A stretch of DNA of 64,000 nucleotides from a virus. Numbering within the stretch: the first letter of the stretch is position 1; each line of letters starts with the position of its first letter. The stretch is from the IMG/VR virus record IMGVR_UViG_3300026196_000005; one strand, 5' to 3'. A program made the position numbers and the translations under genes. The notes beneath the pieces are model-generated. The model saw only the letters and a list, made by a program, of their open reading frames with translations, was not told the DNA's origin and searched no databases. Shown here one piece after another: positions 43,206 to 52,731 of this stretch.

Positions 43206-43847
43206 TTGACCTCAAAAGACAGGCTTCCATGTAAAAGCTGTAAAACAAGCGCATGGTATAAAACTGGAAAATGCAAAGAATGCCAGCGTATTTCTCAAAG
43301 AAAATGGGATAGAAACAATCGGGAAAAATTACATGAAATAAAAAGGCAGTGGCATAAAAATAATCCTGATAAACAAAAAGAATATACTCAAAGGTGGAGG
43401 TCTAAAAATCGGGAATTAGTCAGGGAACTAAGTAGGAAATGGAAAAAAGACAATCCAGAAAAAGTAAAAATATACAAACATAATTATTATGTGCGTAATA
43501 AAGAAAAGATTTACCAATACAAAATAAAGTGGAATGAAGATAATAAAGAAAGACGTGCTAAAAAAAGAAGGCAATGGGCAAATGGCAATAGAGATATTTT
43601 AAATGCATTACGCCAAAAAAGACGCGCCAAAAAAGCAAAAAATGGCGGGAGTTATACTCCAGATGAATGGAGTAGTTTATGCAAAAAATATGACAATAAA
43701 TGTTTGTGCTGCAAAAAAAGTAAAAAACTAACTGCTGACCATATTATTCCAATATCAAAGGGCGGCAGTTCTAATATATCAAATATTCAACCATTATGTC
43801 GGAGTTGCAATTGTAGAAAAAAAGACAGGACAATTGACTACAGATGA
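43206..43847 (+). CDS. HNH endonuclease with basic repeat N-domain
   Basis: LTADHIIPISKGGSSNISNIQPLCRSCNCRKKD. The N-terminal K/R/N/E/W repeats are similar in style to 30349..30894. Confidence 0.75.
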   Translation: MTSKDRLPCKSCKTSAWYKTGKCKECQRISQRKWDRNNREKLHEIKRQWHKNNPDKQKEYTQRWRSKNRELVRELSRKWKKDNPEKVKIYKHNYYVRNKEKIYQYKIKWNEDNKERRAKKRRQWANGNRDILNALRQKRRAKKAKNGGSYTPDEWSSLCKKYDNKCLCCKKSKKLTADHIIPISKGGSSNISNIQPLCRSCNCRKKDRTIDYR

Positions 43848-44743
43848 ACAATATAGACATTGCAAAACATTGGTATAGCTTAGGTGTGGCAACGATCCCC
43901 TTACAATACAGAGGAAAACGACCAAATTTTCAAGCGTTTAAAAATACAAATGATTTAGATGAACATGGACGTGTTAGTTGGAAAAAGTACCAAGATCAAT
44001 TACCTGCTGAAGAAAAATTAAAGATATGGTTCCAGTCAAAATTCACAAATTTAGCAGTTATCACGAATTACAACGGATTAACAATATGTGATTTTGATAA
44101 TCTAGATATTTGGAGTTTGTGGAAAAGTTGGATTACTGCTAAATATCCAGATATGCTAAAAAAAACCTATTTAGTACAAACTCGCAGAGGTTTTCATGCT
44201 TATTTTTTTATTAAAAATCCACCTGAACGAACCCTAAAAATAGGCAATATTGATATAAAGTCAGCCGGAGGATATTGCGCCGCTCCTATTTCGATTCATC
44301 CAACAGGGCATGTATACACGTCCTTAGGCAAGCCATCTGACATTATGACAGTTGAGTCTTTAGAATGCGTTTTACCAAAAAGTCTACTTGAAAAAGCATC
44401 AAAAGAGGTTGAGATACCCTGTATCAATGGCAATGGTCACAGGGAATTAGACCCCTGGCAAGTCACTCCCACAATACAGGGTGAAGACCCAATCAAATGG
44501 ATAAAACAAAATCGCTCAATTACTGAATTTTTCCCGCATGCACAGCCAAGCGGCGGGAATCGCTGGTTTAAGGTTTTATGTCCGTTTCATCAGGATAATT
44601 CAGAGAGCGGTTGGCTTGACGTGCAGCGTAATCGGTTCGGTTGTCAGGCTGGATGCGTGGGAAGCGGAATTGATATTATTGATTTTTACGCACTATTAAA
44701 AAATGTGGACAGAAGTGCAGCAGTTAGGGAGTTAGCCAGATAA
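43844..44743 (+). CDS. bifunctional primase-polymerase (prim-pol) with CHC2-like zinc finger
   Basis: WYSLGVATIPLQYRGKRPN...NLAVIT...ICDFD (prim-pol N-domain-like); C-terminal CPFHQDNSESG...CQAGC. Confidence 0.75.
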   Translation: MNNIDIAKHWYSLGVATIPLQYRGKRPNFQAFKNTNDLDEHGRVSWKKYQDQLPAEEKLKIWFQSKFTNLAVITNYNGLTICDFDNLDIWSLWKSWITAKYPDMLKKTYLVQTRRGFHAYFFIKNPPERTLKIGNIDIKSAGGYCAAPISIHPTGHVYTSLGKPSDIMTVESLECVLPKSLLEKASKEVEIPCINGNGHRELDPWQVTPTIQGEDPIKWIKQNRSITEFFPHAQPSGGNRWFKVLCPFHQDNSESGWLDVQRNRFGCQAGCVGSGIDIIDFYALLKNVDRSAAVRELAR

Positions 44744-46293
44744 TGTCAATCCCAACCATCATACAGGGTATCCCACAATCAGGCGACGATATAGCAAAAG
44801 CAACATATCTTTTTGACAATAAAACACTGCTTAAAGGTCAGGCATTAAAGGATAACGAATTACCCATAATTGATGCTGCATTGCGACCACATTACGCAGC
44901 TAGTCAGATTAGAACTTGGATTAGCCAGGTCAAAAAACTAAAAAAGCAGCAAAGCGCATCTTCTGCCAGTATATTGACCCATATTGAGATTGCAAAAAAA
45001 TACCTGCTGAATCATCCTGATGATACCCTGTATGCTAGGTCAGACTATCACAGATACGAAAATGGCAAATGGTGCATTTGGCCTGAATTAGAATTTCTAG
45101 GCGATTTAGGCAATCTGCTAGAACAATTGGAAAAGTCAGACGGATACGCATTTACGCATGGTCAACAGAAAAGCATAGCTGAAATGGTAAAGCAGCGAGT
45201 GGTCATAGATGACAAGCTGCTAGACATGAATCCCACTTTAATCAATATGAAAAATGGTACTTTCTGCATTGAACAACAGCGATTATTGCCACATGATCCA
45301 ACGGATTATATTACTACTCAATTGCCATTCGATTATGACCCATACGCCATTTGCCCGACTTGGGTATGGTATCTGCGAACTTCATTAGTTGAGCCTGGGC
45401 CTAATGTTTTTGGCAAGTGGGATCATGATGAAAAGTTAATCGACTTCATTCAAGAAGCTATTGGGTATTCACTCACTGCTGATATGAGCCATCATAAGAT
45501 GTTTTGGTGTTTAGGTGAAGGTTCAAATGGTAAAGGCGTATTGTTTCACATTTTACAAGAATTAGGTGGGAGCGCGGCCACTGCTTTTAATTTGGATATG
45601 TTGAACCAGAATTACAACACTTACCACTTGGCAGAATTGGCAGGGAAACGGCTAATCTATTGTACAGAGGTCAAGCGTGATTTTGATTTTAGTGGCGATG
45701 CCATGCTTAAAGCCGTTACGGGTGGCGACAATATCCAGGTAAGGAGGATTAGGGAACAGCCATTCGTTTTGAATAGTATCGGCAAAGTTTGGATTAGTTT
45801 GAATGATTTTCCGCATGTGAAAGATACCTCGCATGGGTTTTGGCGACGGGTATCAATCATTCCCTTCAATCGTGTTTTTGATGAAACTGAAGCTGACCCT
45901 GATTTGAAAGATAAGTTGATAGAGGAGCTGCCGGGTATTTTCAATTGGGCAATGGCTGGGCTTAAACGGCTTTATAAAGATGAAAAGTTTACTGAATCCA
46001 GACAGGTAACAGAATTCACGGCAAAATACAAATTGGAATCAAATACCGTTGCCATGTTTGTTGAAGACGAATGCACAGTTGACCCGAATGACGATCAATG
46101 TTTCACAACTATCATGCCTCTGTATGCTGCTTATAAAAAGTGGGCAAATGATAGTGGGTACAAACCATTTAGCCGCAAGAACTTCAAACGGGAAATTGAG
46201 CGTCTGGGATTTAAAGAAGAACGGAAAATGAATGCACGGGCAATTATGGGAATTAAGGAAGCAAACCCCATATATGGGGGGATGAATCCATGA
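44743..46293 (+). CDS. D5/P4-family primase-helicase (SF3 NTPase)
   Basis: D5_N-like NMKNGTF...DPTDYIT...YDPYAICPTW; Walker A GEGSNGKGV; 516 aa. Confidence 0.85.
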   Translation: MSIPTIIQGIPQSGDDIAKATYLFDNKTLLKGQALKDNELPIIDAALRPHYAASQIRTWISQVKKLKKQQSASSASILTHIEIAKKYLLNHPDDTLYARSDYHRYENGKWCIWPELEFLGDLGNLLEQLEKSDGYAFTHGQQKSIAEMVKQRVVIDDKLLDMNPTLINMKNGTFCIEQQRLLPHDPTDYITTQLPFDYDPYAICPTWVWYLRTSLVEPGPNVFGKWDHDEKLIDFIQEAIGYSLTADMSHHKMFWCLGEGSNGKGVLFHILQELGGSAATAFNLDMLNQNYNTYHLAELAGKRLIYCTEVKRDFDFSGDAMLKAVTGGDNIQVRRIREQPFVLNSIGKVWISLNDFPHVKDTSHGFWRRVSIIPFNRVFDETEADPDLKDKLIEELPGIFNWAMAGLKRLYKDEKFTESRQVTEFTAKYKLESNTVAMFVEDECTVDPNDDQCFTTIMPLYAAYKKWANDSGYKPFSRKNFKREIERLGFKEERKMNARAIMGIKEANPIYGGMNP

Positions 46294-46685
46294 CAAAAAT
46301 TTTTCAGTTTTGTCATAATTTGGGGTGTTTTTGTCATGGTTTTTGTCATTTTGCTGTTATTGATATTTTGTATCAAAAGAATGTCACCGAAATGTCACCA
46401 AGTCAAAATTGGCAAAAAGTAGACATAACTACCAAAAATAAGCGAATCCATGACAAAAACAGCGTTTTATGACAAAAACATGACAAAAATAAAATCATTT
46501 TGTCATGGGTTTTTCGTGATAGTAATGTATCTTTTACTCTGGTAGAAAGTTTTAACAAATGTCTCATGACAAATATGACAAAAATTCCTTATATACGTAT
46601 GGGAAACGATTTAAACATTACTTTTTTCAATGTTTATAAATTTTCATATAAAGTTATATAGAAAAAACTGTCATTTTTGTCATCA
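46290..46685. repeat. iteron array (ATGACAAAAA / TTTTTGTCAT), putative replication origin with an AT-rich unwinding region
   Basis: At least 12 copies in both orientations (~46290, 46307, 46328, 46340, 46450, 46469, 46480, 46498, 46566, 46575, 46669, 46674). AATGTCACC x2 at 46381/46392. AT-rich segment 46590-46660. Lies immediately downstream of the helicase. Confidence 0.7.
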
Positions 46686-46740
46686 GTAAAAAACATAGGG
46701 TAAAACTTGCCCATATATAGAGATGGGAAAGGACAGCAGA

Positions 46741-46980
46741 ATGACCTTTTACGAATATATGCAGCAACAATTAAAACGCCGTGATGACATTGGCAATCTG
46801 GCATTTGAGATGAGTATGATTGTTAAGTTGTTTCCGTCGTTTGGTCTTGAAGGTGCCGACACGGATAACTGGCAAGCCTATTTAGCTAACAAGTGGAGCG
46901 AGGCAGGCAGGGATGAAGTTTTTGGAGCTGCCGTGAAAGAATATCAAAATAGAGAGGTGGAAAATGATTCAGAAAATTAA
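46741..46980 (+). CDS. YozE/SAM-like small protein
   Basis: MTFYEYMQQQLKRRDDIGNLAFEM resembles the YozE-type N-terminus (sFY.yl...r...d.i..fA). Confidence 0.4.
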   Translation: MTFYEYMQQQLKRRDDIGNLAFEMSMIVKLFPSFGLEGADTDNWQAYLANKWSEAGRDEVFGAAVKEYQNREVENDSEN

Positions 46981-47311
46981 AATATTGACGCAAGATAATA
47001 GAATAGGTCCAATTGAAACCGAAAGTGTAAATGCTGTAGGTGATAATTTAGTAATTCACCGAACGCCTATTTGCAAAGATGGCAGCGATTCAGAATTTCA
47101 ATTTACCTATACAATTACACACCGGGCAACAGGTAAACGAATGATTGTTTGCCGTAGCTTATTACAGGCAAAAAAGGTAAAAGAACAAATAGAAAATCTG
47201 GGTATTGATTGGAGTCTTGAGGATGTTGCTGAACTAAAAGTAGCAGCTTCAAAAACAAACTTCTTTGAGATTTATAAAGCTAATGATATTTGGTATTTAG
47301 AAGCTAGATAG
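46964..47311 (+). CDS. hypothetical protein
   Basis: 115-aa ORF with GGAGGTGG RBS region. Confidence 0.35.
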   Translation: MIQKIKILTQDNRIGPIETESVNAVGDNLVIHRTPICKDGSDSEFQFTYTITHRATGKRMIVCRSLLQAKKVKEQIENLGIDWSLEDVAELKVAASKTNFFEIYKANDIWYLEAR

Positions 47312-47331
47312 CGATTTGATATATAAAACCA

Positions 47332-47562
47332 ATGAATCACAAAACGAAAACATCGGAACTGATTAGGACTGTTAGATTGGTTGCTGAGTGTGGTGTGAAG
47401 GGCGCGGCATTGACTTTGCGTCTTACGTCATGTGCCACAACATACCGGGTTCAAAGATTGGAAAAGCAGCTAGACTTTAGAATCTTTGCGCCGTATGATT
47501 ATGATAGGTTGACTTGGCAGGGTAGAGAGTATTTGAAAAATGAAAATATTGATTGCTTGTGA
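47332..47562 (+). CDS. LysR-type HTH-only protein
   Basis: VKGAALTLRLTSCATTYRVQRLEKQLDFRIF matches the LysR N-terminal HTH pattern; 76 aa. Confidence 0.45.
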   Translation: MNHKTKTSELIRTVRLVAECGVKGAALTLRLTSCATTYRVQRLEKQLDFRIFAPYDYDRLTWQGREYLKNENIDCL

Positions 47563-48100
47563 GTTTTCAGGAATAGTAAGAGAAGCATTTGCAGCAAAAG
47601 GGCATGATGCTTGGTCATGTGATTTATTGCCAACTGAGCAACTGGGGCAACACATACAGGGTGATGTGTTGGAAATTCTGAATGATGACTGGGATATGAT
47701 GATAGCTCACCCGCCATGTACCCGGCTTGCTAATAGTGGCGTAAGATGGTTGCATGAGCGTGGTTTATGGAATGAACTAGATAAAGCGGCTGAATTTTTT
47801 AGGCAGTTTCTTTATGCCGATATTCCTTTAATTTGTGTGGAAAATCCGATACCGCATAAATATGCAGTTGAAAGAATAGGCAAGAAATATACTCAAAAAA
47901 TTCAACCTTGGCAATTTGGACATGGCGAGTCAAAAGCTACTTGTTTATGGCTAAAAGGATTGTCAGAATTACAGCCTACAAATATTGTAAATGAAAGAAA
48001 ACAGATTATGTGGAAATTGCCTCCAAATAAAGATAGATGGAAGTTAAGATCAATGACATATCAGGGAATTGCAAATGCAATGGCCGATCAATGGGGGTAG
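47540..48100 (+). CDS. short C5-cytosine-methyltransferase-like protein (no obvious target-recognition domain)
   Basis: Motif I-like ACEFSG, motif IV-like AHPPCT, motif VI-like VENP; only 186 aa. Confidence 0.45.
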   Translation: MKILIACEFSGIVREAFAAKGHDAWSCDLLPTEQLGQHIQGDVLEILNDDWDMMIAHPPCTRLANSGVRWLHERGLWNELDKAAEFFRQFLYADIPLICVENPIPHKYAVERIGKKYTQKIQPWQFGHGESKATCLWLKGLSELQPTNIVNERKQIMWKLPPNKDRWKLRSMTYQGIANAMADQWG

Positions 48101-48136
48101 TTGATTAAACCCTGTATTTTGTGGTAAGGTGGCATA

Positions 48137-48700
48137 ATGAAACCAAGTGATTTTGATACACCAAAACATGCTGATTTTGTAGCTAATTACTTTAAGCTCA
48201 ATATGAATGGGACACGGGCTTATAAGGCTACTTATGATGAAAGTATGGGGGATAATTCAGCAGCGGCAAGTGCATCCGCTCTTCTAAGAAATCCTAAGAT
48301 TGCGGCTGCAATCAAATCGACACTTAAGGCTAGAATCTTAAGCACAGAAGAAATACTTGCTAGACTTGCTGAAATGGGACAATCTGCCCATGCTGATTAT
48401 GTAAAAGAAGATGGGACGGTTGACATTAAAAAAATGGTAAATGATGGCAATGCTCATTTGATTAAAGGCATTAAAGAAACGAAGTATGGGCGAGTGTATG
48501 AATTTCATGATGCTAAATCAGCACTTGAATTGCACGGCAAATATTACGCCATGTGGAAGGATAAATTTGAGATTCAACAATCCCCGCTTGAAAGTGAAGT
48601 TTTGCAGTTTCTTAAGAATGGCGACATAACGGCCGAACAGGTGTTGAAAACTTTAGGCGACAATGACAGGACGCGCCAATTGATTGCTAGTATAAAATGA
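48137..48700 (+). CDS. terS: terminase small subunit
   Basis: FVANYFKLNMNGTRAYKATY...AAASASALLRNPKIAAAI is a Terminase_2-like N-terminus; directly upstream of and overlapping TerL. Confidence 0.75.
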   Translation: MKPSDFDTPKHADFVANYFKLNMNGTRAYKATYDESMGDNSAAASASALLRNPKIAAAIKSTLKARILSTEEILARLAEMGQSAHADYVKEDGTVDIKKMVNDGNAHLIKGIKETKYGRVYEFHDAKSALELHGKYYAMWKDKFEIQQSPLESEVLQFLKNGDITAEQVLKTLGDNDRTRQLIASIK

Positions 48701-50208
48701 TTGCTTTAGAAGATTTGTTGTCCCCAGAAGCTAAAGAAGAATTGCAACTTAGGCAACTGCGCGAAATAGTGCGGCAAAACAAACATGCCGAATTGTTAGA
48801 CCCTGTATTGTGGATAGAAAAGAATTTCTACATCCCAGAACTGAAAGGGCCAATTGAGTTCCAGCCTTATCAAAAAGCAGTCTTACGCGAATCCCAACGA
48901 AAAGACAAAGATGGTAAATTTATCTATAGCATTGTGGTTTGGTCTGACATTAAGAAGTCGGCAAAGTCTACAATAGCAGCGGCAATGGCTTTATACATCG
49001 CACATCTGCGCGAGTGGGCAAGCATTAAAATAATCGCTAATGACCTAAAGCAAGCTGATAGTCGGGTAGCTTATTATTTGCGCCGTGCTATCGAACTTAA
49101 TCCCCGCATGGTAGACACCGTAAAGCAGGTACGATACAAAACCACAATACAGGGTAACAACTCAGTAGTTGAGGCCATTCCTGTTGACCCTGGCGGGGAA
49201 GCTGGCGGCAATGATGACTTGCTCGTGTTCTCTGAGATGTGGGCAGCAAAGCATAAAGCGATGGAACAGTTCTGGACAGAAATGACACTTTCACCAACGA
49301 AGTTTGGCTACTCGCAAAGGTGGATTGAAACTTACGCCGGGAATCAGGGCGAGGCTAGAATATTGGAGCAACTCTACATACAGGGTGTAAAAGAGGGCAA
49401 GCCATTAGATTTAAGCTATACCGACAAACAAGGCAAGTATCATGACTTAAGCGATTTAGAAGTTTATGCTAATGGGCCGTTACTTTGCTTGTGGAATACT
49501 AGGCCACGATGCCCCTGGCAAACGTCCGAATATTATGCCAGTGAAGCGGCGGTATTGACACCTAACGAATTTAACCGCGTGCATCGCAATCAGTGGACAA
49601 GCTCAACAGACACATTCGTCCCTCCCGAATGGTGGCATAGTTGCCAAGCCGATTTGCCAACCTTGGACAAGAGTCAAACAATTGTACTGGCCTTAGATGC
49701 TGGTGTAAGCAATGACTCATTTGCCATGTGTGGCGTAAGGAAATGGGGAACGGATGGTGTTGACGTGGTGTACAGCCGTCGATGGTTGCCCCCTAAAGGC
49801 GGTAAAATCAGTTTTACGAATCCAGACAACCCAAACGACAGGGATACGCCTGAGGGAGAGATTAGGCACCTCTGCGAGGCGTATAACGTTGTTATGGTAG
49901 CTTATGACCCTTACCAGCTTGAGGACATGGCTAACAGGCTAGGGCGAGAGGGTGTGGCGTGGTTTTTTGCCTTTAGCCAAGGTAGCCAACGGCTAACGGC
50001 CGATTCTGGTTTACGAATACTTATTCGTGAAAAACGTTTGAGGCATGATGGTAACCCGGTATTGACTGAACACGTCTTAAATGCAGGTGCAAAAATCGAC
50101 AGTGAAGATAGCAAAATCCGCATTGTAAAACGCGCTGCTCATTTGAAAGTCGATCTTTGTGTGGCTTTGTCAATGGCTTCAAATGAAGTACTTCGACTCA
50201 ATTTATGA
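48697..50208 (+). CDS. terL: terminase large subunit
   Basis: 503 aa. Deviant Walker A region SDIKKSAKST, Walker B-like DDLLVFSEMW, C-terminal nuclease-like VMVAYDPYQ. Position after TerS. Confidence 0.85.
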   Translation: MIALEDLLSPEAKEELQLRQLREIVRQNKHAELLDPVLWIEKNFYIPELKGPIEFQPYQKAVLRESQRKDKDGKFIYSIVVWSDIKKSAKSTIAAAMALYIAHLREWASIKIIANDLKQADSRVAYYLRRAIELNPRMVDTVKQVRYKTTIQGNNSVVEAIPVDPGGEAGGNDDLLVFSEMWAAKHKAMEQFWTEMTLSPTKFGYSQRWIETYAGNQGEARILEQLYIQGVKEGKPLDLSYTDKQGKYHDLSDLEVYANGPLLCLWNTRPRCPWQTSEYYASEAAVLTPNEFNRVHRNQWTSSTDTFVPPEWWHSCQADLPTLDKSQTIVLALDAGVSNDSFAMCGVRKWGTDGVDVVYSRRWLPPKGGKISFTNPDNPNDRDTPEGEIRHLCEAYNVVMVAYDPYQLEDMANRLGREGVAWFFAFSQGSQRLTADSGLRILIREKRLRHDGNPVLTEHVLNAGAKIDSEDSKIRIVKRAAHLKVDLCVALSMASNEVLRLNL

Positions 50209-50248
50209 TATAGCAGTGTAAACAATATGGTAATGGCGAGGTGCAAAT

Positions 50249-50629
50249 GTGAGGCTAAAGTGGAATAAAATTGAGATTGTGATAGAGGTCAATGGTAGAA
50301 AAATGCCCCTATATCTATATTCGCCTAGAATCGATGGGGTGACGTGGGGGGATGCGGTTGGGTTGATTCTATTTTGCTCTTTTTTCGCCCTAGTTAGTTT
50401 AGAATTTTATAGTTATGCCGTTGTTATCCATTTGATTGGTTGGGTTATTTATGCCCTGACTATACGCCATTTCATTGAGGAAATTAAGAAAGACGGCGAT
50501 TATAGAAGCCAATGGGAAGATGCCATGTTTTTCATTGGCGATCAGATACTTGTTGAAGTTTTATTGATTGTTATAGCATCTTGCTTGTGGCAGATAATGT
50601 TTATACTACTCTTATTTATTGATGGCTGA
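50249..50629 (+). CDS. membrane protein
   Basis: 126 aa with 3-4 hydrophobic helices; non-ATG start, so the start is uncertain. Confidence 0.35.
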   Translation: MRLKWNKIEIVIEVNGRKMPLYLYSPRIDGVTWGDAVGLILFCSFFALVSLEFYSYAVVIHLIGWVIYALTIRHFIEEIKKDGDYRSQWEDAMFFIGDQILVEVLLIVIASCLWQIMFILLLFIDG

Positions 50630-50732
50630 TGGTGTTGAGCTTTTTATTGTCTACCTAATTCATGACAAACGTCACCTATCAAAACCCTGTATAGTTTGCT
50701 ACAATCAAACAAACTTAACAGGAGGTGCTAAT

Positions 50733-50801
50733 ATGTTCGATTGGATTTTGTACTATCTCGGTTTAATCCCAGATGTAAATGGCAATTACTGGGCAGGCTA
50801 A
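50733..50801 (+). CDS. 22-aa micro-ORF with strong RBS
   Basis: AGGAGG 7 nt before ATG 50733. MFDWILYYLGLIPDVNGNYWAG, followed by a terminator at ~50806-50842. Confidence 0.3.
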   Translation: MFDWILYYLGLIPDVNGNYWAG

Positions 50802-50846
50802 AAATTAAAGGGCTGTTATCCAAATGGGTAACGGTCTTTTTTTTTA

Positions 50847-50990
50847 TTGCATCCCATACCTGGTTTATGCTACAATGACCTTGCAAGGATACTTCTCAAC
50901 ACTCCCCCTTTTAACTCCCCCCTCAACTGGCACGACATACGACTGGCAAGAAAATGATCATCTATCCCCAGATGGTCATTTTCGCGTATA
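50847..50990 (+). ncRNA. promoter (TTGCAT-N18-TACAAT) plus candidate C-rich small RNA
   Basis: The transcript would contain CUCCCCCUUUUAACUCCCCCCUC (anti-SD-like) and a 13-bp hairpin AAAATGATCATCT/AGATGGTCATTTT (~50954-50985). No ORF. Confidence 0.35.
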
Positions 50991-51003
50991 GTACCTTTTG
51001 GTG

Positions 51004-51047
51004 TTGACAGTTTGCATTCTAATAGTTTATAATCTTATCAGTTGAGA
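51004..51047 (+). promoter_or_regulatory. promoter/leader cassette copy 2
   Basis: TTGACA (51004-51009)-N17/18-TATAAT within TAGTTTATAAT (51023-51033), then CAGTTGAGA (51039-51047). Confidence 0.55.
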
Positions 51048-51074
51048 CAATAAACCAGACAAAAGGAACTAGAA

Positions 51075-51227
51075 ATGAAAAAGCAACATATGGGAATCAG
51101 CTACACAGTTTTACAGAATGGCAATGGTCAATACGAAGTTGTTATCGGCAAAGCTTATTACATCGTTGAGGATGCTGAACTGGTTAGCTTAGTTGCTCAA
51201 CAAATTATTGAAAGTGGCGAGTTTTAA
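51075..51227 (+). CDS. hypothetical 50-aa protein (not in the ORF track)
   Basis: AAGGAA RBS; MKKQHMGISYTVLQNGNGQYEVVIGKAYYIVEDAELVSLVAQQIIESGEF. Confidence 0.35.
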   Translation: MKKQHMGISYTVLQNGNGQYEVVIGKAYYIVEDAELVSLVAQQIIESGEF

Positions 51228-51254
51228 TCAAATTAGAAAACAGGAGAAATAACA

Positions 51255-51482
51255 ATGAAAATCATCACGCAGGAACATTTAGCAAGTAATCTGATTAAAA
51301 ATATGCTTGACCAGCTCTATCTAGAATATGAAATGAGCGGTTTGGCATTTGACCACGAAAATGGTAGTAGCTTTGATGAATATGTCTGGAATCGTTTGCA
51401 GGATTTGGGTCAAGCTACATACGAGGCCATCGGCGAAATGTACGGCGACCTAGACAGCGCAATTAATGAGGTGATGGAATGA
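51255..51482 (+). CDS. hypothetical acidic protein
   Basis: 75-aa ORF with AGGAGA RBS. Confidence 0.4.
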   Translation: MKIITQEHLASNLIKNMLDQLYLEYEMSGLAFDHENGSSFDEYVWNRLQDLGQATYEAIGEMYGDLDSAINEVME

Positions 51483-51694
51483 GCAAAGTTTGTAACTGTC
51501 CAGCATACCCGTTCCCGCATCGGCCAAACGGAGGCAAATGTGCGGGAAGTATTCAAAACTACTGGCTGAATCATTGTGATGATTGTGCTAATGGTACATG
51601 CGAGAATGAAGCGCATGAAAACGTAAAGACATATGCCTATTGGCAACGATGGCTTAATGACCCGTCACTGACAGCGGCGGAAAGGAATTTATAA
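51479..51694 (+). CDS. Cys-rich small protein
   Basis: CNCPAYPFPHRPNGGKCAG...HCDDCANGTCENEAHE; start overlaps the previous stop. Confidence 0.35.
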   Translation: MSKVCNCPAYPFPHRPNGGKCAGSIQNYWLNHCDDCANGTCENEAHENVKTYAYWQRWLNDPSLTAAERNL

Positions 51695-51894
51695 TGCCTC
51701 CACAAACAATGAGCGAAAAAAACAAAATCGGAATGCAACGAAAAACAGCCGCTTATGACCTGCTCAAAGAATTGGCGCAAAAGTGCGGCATTATGCAACA
51801 TGGCCGGGATGGTCATGGGTATGATGAAATGATCGGAATGTTGGAAAGTGGGGATTTTGAATTAGAATTTGTGAGTAAAAATGACCCGCATTAA
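51694..51894 (+). CDS. hypothetical protein
   Basis: 66-aa ORF coupled to its neighbours. Confidence 0.35.
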   Translation: MPPQTMSEKNKIGMQRKTAAYDLLKELAQKCGIMQHGRDGHGYDEMIGMLESGDFELEFVSKNDPH

Positions 51895-52231
51895 CTGCAT
51901 TGAACCAAGCCGCTTAACATCCAAGCATTTACTTGCCGAATACCGCGAGATGTTACGTCTGCGCCATGCGCGGCCACGTCAGACGGGTGTAAGTAGCTAT
52001 AGGCTAGGTAAAGGTCATGTTTTGTTCTTTTACGATAAGGGCAGCTACCTACTGCAACGGCATGGGCAACTGCGTGATGAAATGAAACGGCGCGGCATGT
52101 CGCCAAACTTTGAGCTTGACCTTTCCTCATGGCCGCAATGGGCAATGGGAGATTGGATACCCGGTATTGATGCTCAGTTGCAAAACGTGGCAAGAATTAT
52201 TAATAGATTAGCTAATGGGCAGGAGAAATGA
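51881..52231 (+). CDS. denV: pyrimidine-dimer DNA glycosylase (T4 endonuclease V-like)
   Basis: The N-terminus MTRINCIEPSRLTSKHLLAEYREMLRL closely parallels T4 DenV [27 protein letters not shown]; also GHVLFFYDKGSYL. Confidence 0.85.
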   Translation: MTRINCIEPSRLTSKHLLAEYREMLRLRHARPRQTGVSSYRLGKGHVLFFYDKGSYLLQRHGQLRDEMKRRGMSPNFELDLSSWPQWAMGDWIPGIDAQLQNVARIINRLANGQEK

Positions 52232-52605
52232 AAATGTTAGAAAAATTTGAAGATTTGAAAGGGGAAGTTTTAGCAAGTGTTAAGAATAAAGAGAATGGGG
52301 AATTGGTTTTTACGCTTGTTAATGGTGATATTTATAAATTGTATCATGAGCAAGATTGCTGTGAATATGTCTATATTGAAGATATTATCGGAGATTTAGA
52401 CGATTTGGTAAATAGTCCTATTCTAATGGCAGAAGAAATTAGTAATGCAGATGAGCCAGAAAATGCAGAAATTCAATATCGTGATTATAGTGAAACTTGG
52501 ACTTTTTACAAGTTGGCAACTGTAAAAGGGTATGTAACTATCCGTTGGTATGGCAGTTCAAATGGTTATTACTCTGAAAGTGTTGATTGGCGTAAAGTTA
52601 ATTAG
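52228..52605 (+). CDS. hypothetical protein
   Basis: 125-aa ORF, followed by a clear terminator. Confidence 0.4.
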   Translation: MKMLEKFEDLKGEVLASVKNKENGELVFTLVNGDIYKLYHEQDCCEYVYIEDIIGDLDDLVNSPILMAEEISNADEPENAEIQYRDYSETWTFYKLATVKGYVTIRWYGSSNGYYSESVDWRKVN

Positions 52606-52612
52606 TTAAATT

Positions 52613-52640
52613 AGCCCTTCTTTACCGAAGGGCTTTTTTG
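52613..52640 (+). terminator. intrinsic terminator
   Basis: AGCCCTTC TTTACC GAAGGGCT followed by TTTTTT. Confidence 0.8.
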
Positions 52641-52731
52641 TGTTTTACTGTGTTGTTTGTTATAATAATAGAAATTGCTAGTCGCGACGCGGTAACGTCC
52701 ACTAGCCCTCCGATTGAAAAGGAATCGAAGC

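Noticed and set aside
46131-46472. ORFs 46290..46472 (+) and 46131..46376 (-) with CHGFCH-type sequences
   Set aside because: They are generated by the TGACAAAAA/TTTTTGTCA iterons. The region is better explained as an origin.
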